DNA of 64,000 nt from Candidatus Latescibacterota bacterium (GTDB lineage Bacteria > Latescibacterota > UBA2968 > GCA-2709665), in contig OZ244744.1 of the NCBI GenBank assembly GCA_965219455.1, positions 3,584,001 to 3,648,000 on the forward strand, in the 5' to 3' direction. Positions 19,926-29,398 of the stretch are shown here, one piece after another (the stretch's first letter is position 1; each line of letters opens with the position of its first letter). The notes beneath the pieces are model-generated. The model had not been told where the DNA came from, made no database searches, and worked only from the letters and a program-made list of their open reading frames with translations. A program made the translations under genes and the position numbers.

Positions 19926-20322
19926 CGGATTCTCTCCGCGAAAAGGATTTCAACTCATAGTTGAAATTTGAACGCCTAACGACGTCAAATGCTCCGTACA
20001 TTTCCCATACAATCACTGCTGTCCAAGAACCGTGGGATTCTCAGAGATGAGATTTGAAAAGTGGCTTCAATTGGCGATTTTGTACGGGTTTGACCCGGTT
20101 AACAAAAACCAGGTTGCCATCGTCTGCGCAATGCTGTCCAAGAACAAAGTGACTATTCCAACGGCCATAATTGTGCTGTTTCCGTCTCATTGAGCCCGTG
20201 AAATAGGCAGTTTGTGAAACTCAGACGACCTTGGTCGAGGCGCTGCGTCGCGGAAGTGAACCAGATGCTGTCCAAGACAGAAACCGATTTTGGACCGGTG
20301 TGCCATACAATGCTGTTGCAGG

Positions 20323-20552
20323 GTCACTGCTTCCGGCAAGCTGGCGACGAATCCGTCCGGATCCGCCAGGGCAGTCTGATGGTAGTTATACTCGTCCAGG
20401 CTGACGTATGCACGGTCGGGCGCGAGTTGCTGCACGAGCGTCGTTTTCCCGCTTTGCCGTGGTCCGAGAAGACAGACCACCGGCGTGTCGGCCAAAGCCT
20501 CCCTGATTACGTGTTCCAGCGAGCGTGGAAACAGGGAACGGATAGCGTCCAT
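20323..20552 (-). pseudogene. 5' third of AAA_14/DUF4143 ATPase
   Basis: Near-identical to the N-terminus of 8441-9688 up to LPEAVTL, then unrelated sequence. Confidence 0.88.
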
Positions 20553-20625
20553 TTGTCGGATACGTTAGCGGCCAATTGACGGTTAAAGGAGCGTCCATTT
20601 GTCGAATGACTGCGAAGTGACAATC
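20544..20625. repeat. 23-bp-period direct repeat array, copy 4
   Basis: Units at 20544, 20567, 20590. Confidence 0.85.
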
Positions 20626-20942
20626 TAAGGGATCGGGACGCAAAGATCAAGAGACGATTCTGTCAGCCGGGTCGAAAAACGCGGTGATCGGACGCTTGTT
20701 ATTTTGCCACTGGAATCACAAGAGACCCCGAAAAGATCGCTTTTCGGAGTCTCGCTTTGAGTATCAACGCCTGAAAGTGAACGAGAGGTGGATCAATCGC
20801 CCATTGTCTTCAAATAGGGCACGCTGGCTGTGGAGCGCACGCATCTGCTCGAGCCTTTGCCGACTCCATTCGCGATCGTCGTCCTCCGAAATGAAATGGA
20901 ACCGATTCTGACACTTAGTCTACTTCTGATTCTACCTTAATA

Positions 20943-20971
20943 TTGACACTGGTTAATGGTCTCCCTATATT
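20943..20971 (+). promoter_or_regulatory. Near-consensus sigma70 promoter
   Basis: TTGACA-17 bp-TATATT; GGAGG RBS at 21001 and ATG at 21011. Confidence 0.75.
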
Positions 20972-21010
20972 GCTGATGCAACCAATCATCAACAATGTGT
21001 GGAGGTTCTT

Positions 21011-21370
21011 ATGTCGGTATCCTTGGTAGAAGATTATGAGGTATTGCGTAAATGCTTGGTCGCTCAGTTAGCGATTGTTGAGCGGCACATAGAACATCTA
21101 AGATCCGCGGAGGCCCTGAATACGAAACACACTCGCAGCCCACGTGTGCCCAGGGCGAGGTTGCTTATTCTAATCCACGAGATTCTAGCTGAGCAAGGAC
21201 CCTCGGACAGTGCAACTGTGCAGGGATTATTGGAGGAACGGCACGGGATCAAGTTTAAGGAAGGCCACATACGGCGGATATTTATGGAGGAAATTCGCCA
21301 TAATGGCCAGTTTGTAGCGGTAGGTCCGGAGCAATTCGGCAGCGCAGTGAGAGTTCAACGGGTAGAGTAA
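21011..21370 (+). CDS. Hypothetical protein, coiled coil plus possible winged helix
   Basis: Good promoter and RBS; LLILIHEILAEQGP...VQGLLEERHG...GQFVAVGPEQF. Confidence 0.65.
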   Translation: MSVSLVEDYEVLRKCLVAQLAIVERHIEHLRSAEALNTKHTRSPRVPRARLLILIHEILAEQGPSDSATVQGLLEERHGIKFKEGHIRRIFMEEIRHNGQFVAVGPEQFGSAVRVQRVE

Positions 21371-21487
21371 TAAGGTGGTCTATCATATCAGTTTATTTTC
21401 GCCAACGACTTATGAGGCATTTGCCAATTCAAAACGGGATATTGTTGGTTTTAGTCTCCAACAAATGGTCCGCGAATGTTGAATTTG

Positions 21488-21727
21488 TCACCTACACGCC
21501 TCCACAAATAACCTCCGAACTGATTCCACCCCTGCCGCCGTTATACTCTCCGTCCCTTTTATTGACTCAATCGCCATAGTCTGCCGGCGTATCCTCTGAG
21601 CTACTTTCTTGGCCGTCTCCTTATCGACGATACTGAGTAAATCGTAAATTGTTAAAAATGAGGCGAACGCAATCTCCTCCGGTGTCGCCTGGGCGCGAAA
21701 CTGCCGGTCTTTCTTACGTCCAAACAT
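21488..21727 (-). CDS. Hypothetical protein
   Basis: 79-aa ORF with GGAGG RBS in an AT-rich patch. Confidence 0.5.
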   Translation of the reverse strand: MFGRKKDRQFRAQATPEEIAFASFLTIYDLLSIVDKETAKKVAQRIRRQTMAIESIKGTESITAAGVESVRRLFVEACR

Positions 21728-21866
21728 AATGATCCTCCGCTCTTTGTCAATTCGTGATTGGTAGCGATCACAGAATAGTGAGCGAGGGAGAGTGAGTCAA
21801 GAATAAAGCCCAGAGAGGACCCCTGGGCTTCACCTAACTTTATCTTGCAGGGGCGAGGATACTTCC

Positions 21867-22109
21867 CTACGTGCATTTTTCATTTGAATTGGACAAGAGG
21901 AGCTTTCGCCATTTGTTCACGGCGCCGTTGAACGGCTTGTTGTGCTGATCGCCGAGAATGCCCAGCCTTATAGGTTCAGCGACGTTTCGAGGTACTTGCG
22001 ATCCGTTCTCGTCGAGTACTCTGATCGAAGTTTTAAAAGTGGCATATTGCACCACCCCATATACCGCGCTCGCCAGCACTTTGATAAACAATCCCGCCAC
22101 ATCTTTCAA
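21867..22109 (-). CDS. Hypothetical protein or fragment
   Basis: 80-aa ORF, plausible composition, no recognised motif. Confidence 0.3.
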   Translation of the reverse strand: MKDVAGLFIKVLASAVYGVVQYATFKTSIRVLDENGSQVPRNVAEPIRLGILGDQHNKPFNGAVNKWRKLLLSNSNEKCT

Positions 22110-22903
22110 GGTCAGCCCACAGTTGTATTCTCAGGCTGAGCACGCGCATCACCCGGGTCGGCAGTGCCGAAAGCGGAGGCATTCGACACCGGCTGTCGCG
22201 CAGTCACGTCGCAATCACTCCCCCCTTGAGGGGGAGTCGCCTGCATGCGTCCGCAGGACAGGCAGCCAGAAGTGGATTCTCCGCGCTGATCCGTCGAACA
22301 CCATCATCGCCAGGAACAACACGCGGTTTTTGTTGTAGGGGCGGTTCCCGAACCGCCCCTGCTCGAGCCGGTCCCTGAGCTTGCCTGCATTGAGCTTGTC
22401 GAAATGTCGAAGGGTCGGCGACGGCTGATGCGGTGGAGGGATTTCCGTCGCTGGCCGTATGAAAGCCTGGTCACGTATGCTTATGATTTCGCCACTGGAA
22501 TTACAAGAGACCCCGATGGGATCGCGTTTCGGAGTCTCGCTTTCTGAGGAAGAAACTGAATATGCGCGAAAGGTTGTTGGGTTCGGGCCGGGCCTCATCA
22601 GCGACTTCATTGGTCATTCTTCGACTGGTGGCCACCATCGGTACCGGCCCAAGGGCGAAACCGGAAATCGCGGAAGTCTCCCAGGATCTCATTCTGATGA
22701 AGGGTCAGCCAGTTGCCGATGCCGATGCCATTCTTGTCAAAAGCGAGACGCTACTGAGATCCGACCGCTTCCCGCGTAACCGTGAAGTCGGATCGGCAGA
22801 TTTCCTGCCCTCGATTTGCGTGCATCCGCTCACCCGAGGAACGAATGAGAGATGATTTACGTCGGCGACCATTAGGAGCTTCCCCCAGTGCAGGTGATTG
22901 GTT

Positions 22904-23428
22904 TCATGATCGCCCTTCTTCCGATTCTGCCAGTCTACTCTTGCCGTTTTCGGTAAGTCTGTATTTCTGCAACCGACTGTTGGGTTTTTCTGGAATTGTG
23001 TATTCGATCAGCTTGTCATCCATCAAGAGGCGAATCACCTCGTTGAGCCGGCCCGATACGGATTTGTGGCCCAAACCGTTCGAAATCTCGGATCTGGACC
23101 TGGGAGTGTGTCGGAGTATCGATAGTATTCGTTGTTCTATGCCCTTTGCCCTCGATTTCTGCCTTGACTCTTGCCTGACTCTTGCTTTATTCCGGTGCGG
23201 GTCCACACCTCTGAGGTCGGCCTGTGGAACGTTGTCGTTACACACGTCGCTGAGACCTCGATCAACGGTTCTGGTACTCCGTGTTCGCGGCACAGGTCCC
23301 GGATACGCCGGATGCCGGAACCGATCCTCTCGACCGCCTCCATGCGGTGCAGAAGTGCCCGAGCGCTTGAACTCGATGGTATAGCCTTCGCCAAGAGCGG
23401 TCAGGTTAGAGAGGTTCTTTTCGTTCAT
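22904..23428 (-). pseudogene. AlbA_2/HATPase_c_4/wHTH regulator with large internal deletion
   Basis: MNEKNLSNLTALGEGYTIEFKRSG (AlbA_2 start) joined to VERIGSGIRRIRDLCREHG (other frame), then the wHTH tail. Confidence 0.82.
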
Positions 23429-23497
23429 CAGAGTTTACTTAATTCATCAATCACGCTACCCATCCGGACGCCGAAGATCTTGTACATTTGTCCCACG

Positions 23498-24494
23498 TGA
23501 TCAAATTGAGGCCGCCGTTTCAACATCGGCAGACTGCAAGGAGAAAGGGGAGATCTCTTCAGGATGCTTCGGAATCACCTGATTGGAGGACGATAAGACG
23601 TTATATTGGTCCACCATAACACGCACGATCAGACCATATAGATCGCTGTCTCTCTCGGTATAGGTCGCTTGAAGCCTGCGCAATAACTGCCCGAATTCCT
23701 GCAGCTTCTTACCCTTTTCAACGCGGGTGAGACCATAGACAACCTGATAGGGCTTCGCCTTGAGCAATCCGTCCAAAACCTGTTTTTTCGTTGAAAAACG
23801 TCGCTTTTGGTCCTTGTCCAGCGACTCCCAGAACGCTCGTATGCATCGCGCCACCAGCTGCAACCGACAACAAAGCACAATGTTCGAGCCGATCAACTTA
23901 CTGTCCATGCGGACGTGCTGACCCAACACACCAAAGGCGGCGGCCTGCGTCCTGGTTAAGCTCGAGAGCGTCTCGCCAATCAGTTCGCGACCGGTCTTCA
24001 ACTGATACTCATACAAAGCATGCTTGAACCGATAATACGTGGACTCAACAGGCGCTTCATCGCATAGATTCATCATCCCCAATGCGCGCATCACCAGGAT
24101 ATTGAATCGACAATGCTCGAACAGTTGCGCATCGCTCCATCCAAAACCGTCCTTCAAGATCACCATCGACACCAGTTGTCGAATCGGCGCACCGGGCCGG
24201 TCCTGGTTGGCATCGTGCAACACCGAGAACAGATCCTCATCGACCATTGACGTGACGTGCTCGTAAAACAGATTGTGCCACGACTTCGGATCATTTAACT
24301 GATCCTGCTTCCGTCTCTTGAAATGCAACTCGAAGCTGGAAAACAGATCCGGCTGACTTGAAGGGGCACTCCTTCCAAACATAGCTCCCTCGTTTCTTTG
24401 TGATCAATCATCAATCCAACTTTGCAACCTCTTCACACCTCGAATTTAGCGCTTTTTCCTGGCCAAGTAAACGCGACTTTTCGGAGTGGACTCA
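23498..24494 (-). mobile_element. Truncated insertion sequence (IS1182/IS5-like), copy 2; transposase remnant 23501-24382
   Basis: Near-identical to 6104-7100, same truncation point, terminal GACTTTTCGGAGTGGACTCA. Confidence 0.78.
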
Positions 24495-24509
24495 AGTGTC
24501 GAAAGGTCA

Positions 24510-24590
24510 AGACGCCTGGAAGCGTCGACGTCGAGGCCTACGATGTCTCCGTTGGCGTAGCGATCGACGTTCAGCCCGTTAGCGACACCT
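24510..24590 (-). pseudogene. DUF2283 fragment
   Basis: Matches 7195-7265 (VANGLNVD..ANGDIVGLDVDA). Confidence 0.65.
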
Positions 24591-24939
24591 CGAAATCACG
24601 CCACCCTGTGGAGGCATTCGGCACCGGCCGTCGCGCACTCACGTCGCAATCACTCCCCCCTTGAGGGGGAGTCGCCTGCGGGCGTCCGCCTGTCTGCAAC
24701 AGGCAGGCAGGAAAGGCAGCCAGAAGTGGATTCTCCGCGCTGATCCGTCGAACACCGTCATCGCCCGGAATGACGCACGGTCGTTGTTGTAGGGCGGTTC
24801 GCGAACCGCCCTTGCTCGATCCGGTACCGCGAACTGATAGTTCGCGGTACGGTCGCTGGACCGTCGCTTCAAACGTACTAAGCGAACATCAAGCCTTCAA
24901 TATCATGTAATCGACGGCTTTGCAGCCCGCGGAACGGTG

Positions 24940-25025
24940 AGCGTCCAATTGTCGATTAATAGAGCGTCTAATTGTCGGTTAGAATACCGTCCATGTGTTG
25001 AATATCTGCGACGTGCAATCTACAA
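24940..25025. repeat. 23-bp-period direct repeat array, copy 5, within a ~250 bp duplicate of 8160-8400
   Basis: Units at 24940, 24963, 24986. Confidence 0.85.
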
Positions 25026-25937
25026 GATTTGGTCCCCGCAATCAAGAAACGTGTCGATCAGCCGGGCCGAGCAGTGCTGTGAACGAGCCGTCCAACGACG
25101 CCTCGCGATCACTCCACCCGGTGGAGGCATTCGACACCGGCCGTCACATACTCACGTCGCAATCACTCCCCCCTTGAGGGGGAGTCGCATCAGCCGAGCC
25201 GGCCCCTGAGCTTGTGGTCCCTGAGCCTGTCGAAGGGGCAGGCGACGGCTGATGCGGTGGGGGGATTTCCGTCGCTGGCCGTATGCAAGCCACGTCGCGT
25301 ATGCCTGCTATTTCGCCACTTGAATTACAAGAGACCCCGAAAAGATCTCGTTTCGGAGTCTCGCTTTGAGCAACGAAACCTGTAAGTGTGGCAGAAGAGT
25401 TCGGATTAGGACCGGGCGTCATTTACGATTCCACTTATCGTTCTTCGCCTGTAGTCGACCTTCCGTACCGGCCCAAACTCCAGGCTGGACATCGCCGAAG
25501 TCTTCAAGGATCTCATCGGCAGGGAGGGTTATTCGGCTGCCGTTGACGTGCTGGCGCTCGGGTATCGAAACGTGCAAATCGCACGGGGATGATCCGATGC
25601 CGCAGTAGATCTTTCGTCGGCCTGTCGGCCTTCTTTAGATGACAGTTTCGCCGAAGGTGTGGGCTCAGCGGTTCGCCAATGGTTATCGCAACGCATGTCA
25701 TTCTGAGCGGAGTCGAAGAATCTCCCGTCTTCTCGATTGGACGTGTAGCACATGCCCTTTGAAGACGAACCTGTGCGCGGACGCTTGGCCAGCCTTTCGG
25801 CCTCCTCTGCATAACATTCGGGCTACAGTGTGAAGGATACATTTCGCCGATGGCTGTGGACGATTTTTCCATCCGTATATTTCGCGACTTTCGTAGTGAA
25901 TCAAATCCGCTTTTGGATAGGTGTGAGGTGATTGGTT

Positions 25938-26365
25938 TCATGATCGCCCTTCTTCCGATTCTGCCAGTCGACTCTTGCCGTTTTCGGTGAGTCTGTACTT
26001 CTGCAACCGACTGTTGGGTTTTTCTGGAATTGTGTATTCGATCAGCTTGTCATCCATCAAGAGGCGAATCGCCTCGTTGAGCCGGCCCGATACGGATTTG
26101 TGGCCCAAACCGTTCGAAATCTCGGATCTGGACCTGGGAGTGTGTCGGAGTATCGATAGTATTCGTTGTTCTATGCCCTTTGCCCTCGATTTCTGCCTTG
26201 ACTCTTGCCTTGACTCTTGCCTGACTCTTGCTTTAGCCCGGTGCGGGTTCCCACCTGTGACGTTGGCCTTTGGAACGTTGTCGTAACCCACGACGCTGAG
26301 ACCTTGATCAACGGTTCTGGTACTCCGTGTTCGCGGCACAGGTCCCGGATACGCCGGATGCCGAA
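25938..26365 (-). pseudogene. HATPase_c_4/wHTH regulator C-terminal remnant, copy 3
   Basis: Same wHTH tail; 2x12-bp + 1x11-bp repeat. Confidence 0.8.
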
Positions 26366-26374
26366 ACCTTCAGG

Positions 26375-26631
26375 CGAGGGAGGCATACTCATAAACCTGA
26401 GTCTCTATAGTGCGAACGGGACGGCATTGCTCCCACCTGCCTGTGCAGATGGCAGACAGGCACCACTCGCTGCAAGCGCTCAACGGTCTCCGGTGAGAAG
26501 TACTTCTCGCCTGTCTCGAAGTTGAGTCGAGCCGGGACGTTTTCAACGAGTAAGAGCCGCCCATCCAATTCAATGTGATAGGTCACCTTTGCATCAACCA
26601 GCGTCTCGTTCCACGTACCGACTTCAGACAT
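26375..26631 (-). pseudogene. YgiT-type protein, frameshifted by a short palindromic insert
   Basis: Paralog of 7401-7637; CCTGTCTGCCATCTGCACAGG-type insert splits VERLQRV from WEQCRPVRTIETQVYEYA. Confidence 0.7.
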
Positions 26632-27110
26632 CGTCCTCTCCCAACTCCGCCAGAAGCTGCTGTCCCTTGTCCGTCAGCCTGTATTTCTGCTTGCTGCTGG
26701 TCGGTTTGTCTGGAATGGTCATTTCCAGCCATCCCGCTTCCATTAGCGGCTGGAGGTAGTTTACCCGGAAGGTCTTCCGGTGTTTCAATCCAAGGAACTC
26801 CATAATCTCATTCGCAAAGCGGGGTAGCCTGCAATGCCAGACAACCTGAGCGATAACTTGTGCGGTAACTTGTGCGGTCAAGTCCTCCAGGCAGCCCAAA
26901 AGTATCTGTAACATATTGTTCGAAAGGGTGTTAGGGTATTCTTGCAGATTTCTGTCCACTTGTGCGGTGACCTGGTGTCGACTTAGTGCCGACCTGTCCC
27001 CAGCTTCCTCCTCGGACTCGGTTACCGGACGCCTGAAGGTCGTCGTCACCCACGACTCGGACACTTCGATCAGCGGTTCAGCCACTCCGTGTTCGCGGCA
27101 CAGATCCCGG
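26624..27110 (-). pseudogene. Divergent HATPase_c_4/wHTH regulator C-terminal remnant
   Basis: RDLCREHGVAEP...TAQVTAQVIAQV...LGLKHRKTFRVNYLQPLMEAGWLEMTIPDKPTSSKQKYRLT. Confidence 0.78.
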
Positions 27111-27757
27111 TTGCTTGTGATGTCGCCCCTGGAATTGCAACAGACCCCGAAAAGATCGCGTTTCGGAGTCTCACATGGAGCAACGAAACCTGTAAGTGTG
27201 GCAGAAGAGGTCGGATTAGGACCGGGCGTCATTTACGATTCCACTTATCGTTCTTCGCCTGTAGTCGACCTTCCGTACCGGCCCAAACTCCAGGCTGGAC
27301 ATCGCCGAAGTCTTCAAGGATCTCATCGGCAGGGAGGGTTATTCGGCTGCCGTTGACGTGCTGCCGCTCAGGTCTCGAAACGTGCAAATCGCACGGGGAT
27401 GATCCGATGCTGCAGTAGATCCTTCGTCGGCCTGGCGGCCTCCTCTGGATGACAGTTTCGCCGAAGGTGTGGGCTCACGGGTTCGGCAATGGTTATCGCA
27501 ACGCATGTCATTCTGAGCGGAGTCGAAGAATCTCCCGTCTTCTCGATTGGACGTGTAGCACATGCCCTTTGAAGACGAATCTGTGCGCGGACGCTTGGCC
27601 AGCCTTTCGGCCTCCTCTGCATAACATTCGGGCTACAGTGTGAAGGATACATTTCGCCAATGGCTGCGGACGATTTTTCCATCCGTATATTTCGCGCACT
27701 TTCACGACTTTCGTAGTGAATCAAATCCGCTTTTGGATAGGTGTGAGGTGATTGGTT

Positions 27758-28144
27758 TCATGATCGCCCTTCTTCCGATTCTGCCAGTCGACTCTTGCCG
27801 GTTTCGGTGAGTCTGTATTTCTGCAACCGACTGTTGGGTTTTTCTGGAATTGTGTATTCGATCAGCTTGTCATCCATCAAGAGGCGAATCGCCTCGTTGA
27901 GCCGGCCCGATACGGATTTGTGGCCCAAACCGTTCGAAATCTCGGATCTGGACCTGGGAGTGTGTCGGAGTATCGATAGTATTCGTTGCTCTATGCCCTT
28001 TGCCCTCGATTTCTGCCTTGACTCTTGCTTTAGCCCGGTGCGGGTTCCCACCTGTGAGGTTGGCCTTTGGAACGTTGTCGTCACCCACGAGTCTGACACT
28101 TCGACCACCGGCTCTGCCACTCCGTGTTCGCGGCACTTACGCAC
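27758..28144 (-). pseudogene. HATPase_c_4/wHTH regulator C-terminal remnant, copy 4 (in frame)
   Basis: CREHGVAEP...KQESRQKSRAKG...wHTH; single 12-bp unit and no 11-bp unit. Confidence 0.78.
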
Positions 28145-28225
28145 CGACGTGAATTTAACCCGCCTTTGCCTTAAGATTTCGCTGGATTCCCCGTCCCTGA
28201 CGCATTGGTGAGGAGAGCAATAGTC

Positions 28226-29194
28226 TCACATGTCCAGTGTGAGTTGCCGAAGATCGTCGGACACCTCCATCTTGAAAACGTCAATGGTCGGATCTCCAGG
28301 CGTGGATATCGCGAAGCGATATTCGCTTTGATAAGCGAACTCCGTTCGTTTGGTAAACCAGGCTCTTGAAGCGCCGTGGATGTCCACCCAATCGTCTTGC
28401 GTCTCTATCACGCCCGATTCGTCCTCGTAGTTAACTGGGCCGTGATAAACCTGCACAACCGTGTCGATGTTTCGAACTCCTTCTTGTTTCCACAAGTTGG
28501 TACTGTAATTGGATCTGGCGTAACCCAGAATGTCGGGAGTCCGCAGCTTGAAGTGTTCGCCCTTGTCGACCTGCAAAGCAAAGTCGACACCCAACCACAT
28601 CGCGAAACCATCTACATCCTTGATCTCGGTAGCCGCGTCGTAGTCAAATTCGTCCGCAAACTTGGATCTGAGCTGTCTATGAACGCGATGAGATTGGACA
28701 TGAGAAGTGCAATACACCCAGGGTTCGCTGGATGACGAGAAGACAGCCTCCGCCTTGATGCTGCCACCTGGGAAACGACTGCGCATCCAGGGTCCGGCGT
28801 CTCTTGTGAGTGTGCTGTCATATGGATCTGCGATTCCCTTCGGTAGCTTCTCATGATCTCGATAGTACGAGGGCGTGCTAAGCCAGAGCTCCTTCGCTCG
28901 ACACGGCCTATCGCGATATTTCGAGAATTTCACCACCTTCCCGACGCGTGACTGGAATCCCGTGCGATAGTCCACTCGGTAGACGTAGATCATATGACAT
29001 TGCTTTCGTTCGGCATCGAAAACAGTGAAGCCGTCGGCAATCTCCGGCGTCGGAGATGTAAAACGTCGAACGCCCGTCACCCGGCGCGTGATCTCTCTGT
29101 TCGCGTCGTTAAATTGCTCCAAGACGCTCGCAGGTTTCCGAATGATCAAAACCCCATTCGACCGACGCCAATATTTCTGACCGTTCGATTCCAT
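28226..29194 (-). CDS. Hypothetical protein, DUF2971-like C-terminal motifs; paralog of 13032-14000
   Basis: 322 aa, same length as and colinear with the paralog. Confidence 0.7.
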   Translation of the reverse strand: MESNGQKYWRRSNGVLIIRKPASVLEQFNDANREITRRVTGVRRFTSPTPEIADGFTVFDAERKQCHMIYVYRVDYRTGFQSRVGKVVKFSKYRDRPCRAKELWLSTPSYYRDHEKLPKGIADPYDSTLTRDAGPWMRSRFPGGSIKAEAVFSSSSEPWVYCTSHVQSHRVHRQLRSKFADEFDYDAATEIKDVDGFAMWLGVDFALQVDKGEHFKLRTPDILGYARSNYSTNLWKQEGVRNIDTVVQVYHGPVNYEDESGVIETQDDWVDIHGASRAWFTKRTEFAYQSEYRFAISTPGDPTIDVFKMEVSDDLRQLTLDM

Positions 29195-29398
29195 TACCTG
29201 ATAGGAAGTTGATGGTTGTCAGATAGTCTACATTCAACCTGTCGACACATTTCAAATGACGAGTCGCGCGAACGGTATCCTGCCCGGGATATCCAGACAC
29301 TCTCCAATCGACACCACATAGAATGCCGTGTGGACGAACAGGGCGTTTGGGAATGACGTCTCACGCATCGGTCACGAGGGGTGTCCTCAGACATGGCC

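Noticed and set aside
8287-25025. 23-bp repeats as a CRISPR array
   Set aside because: Only three degenerate units per site with ~8-bp spacers; no cas genes in the window.
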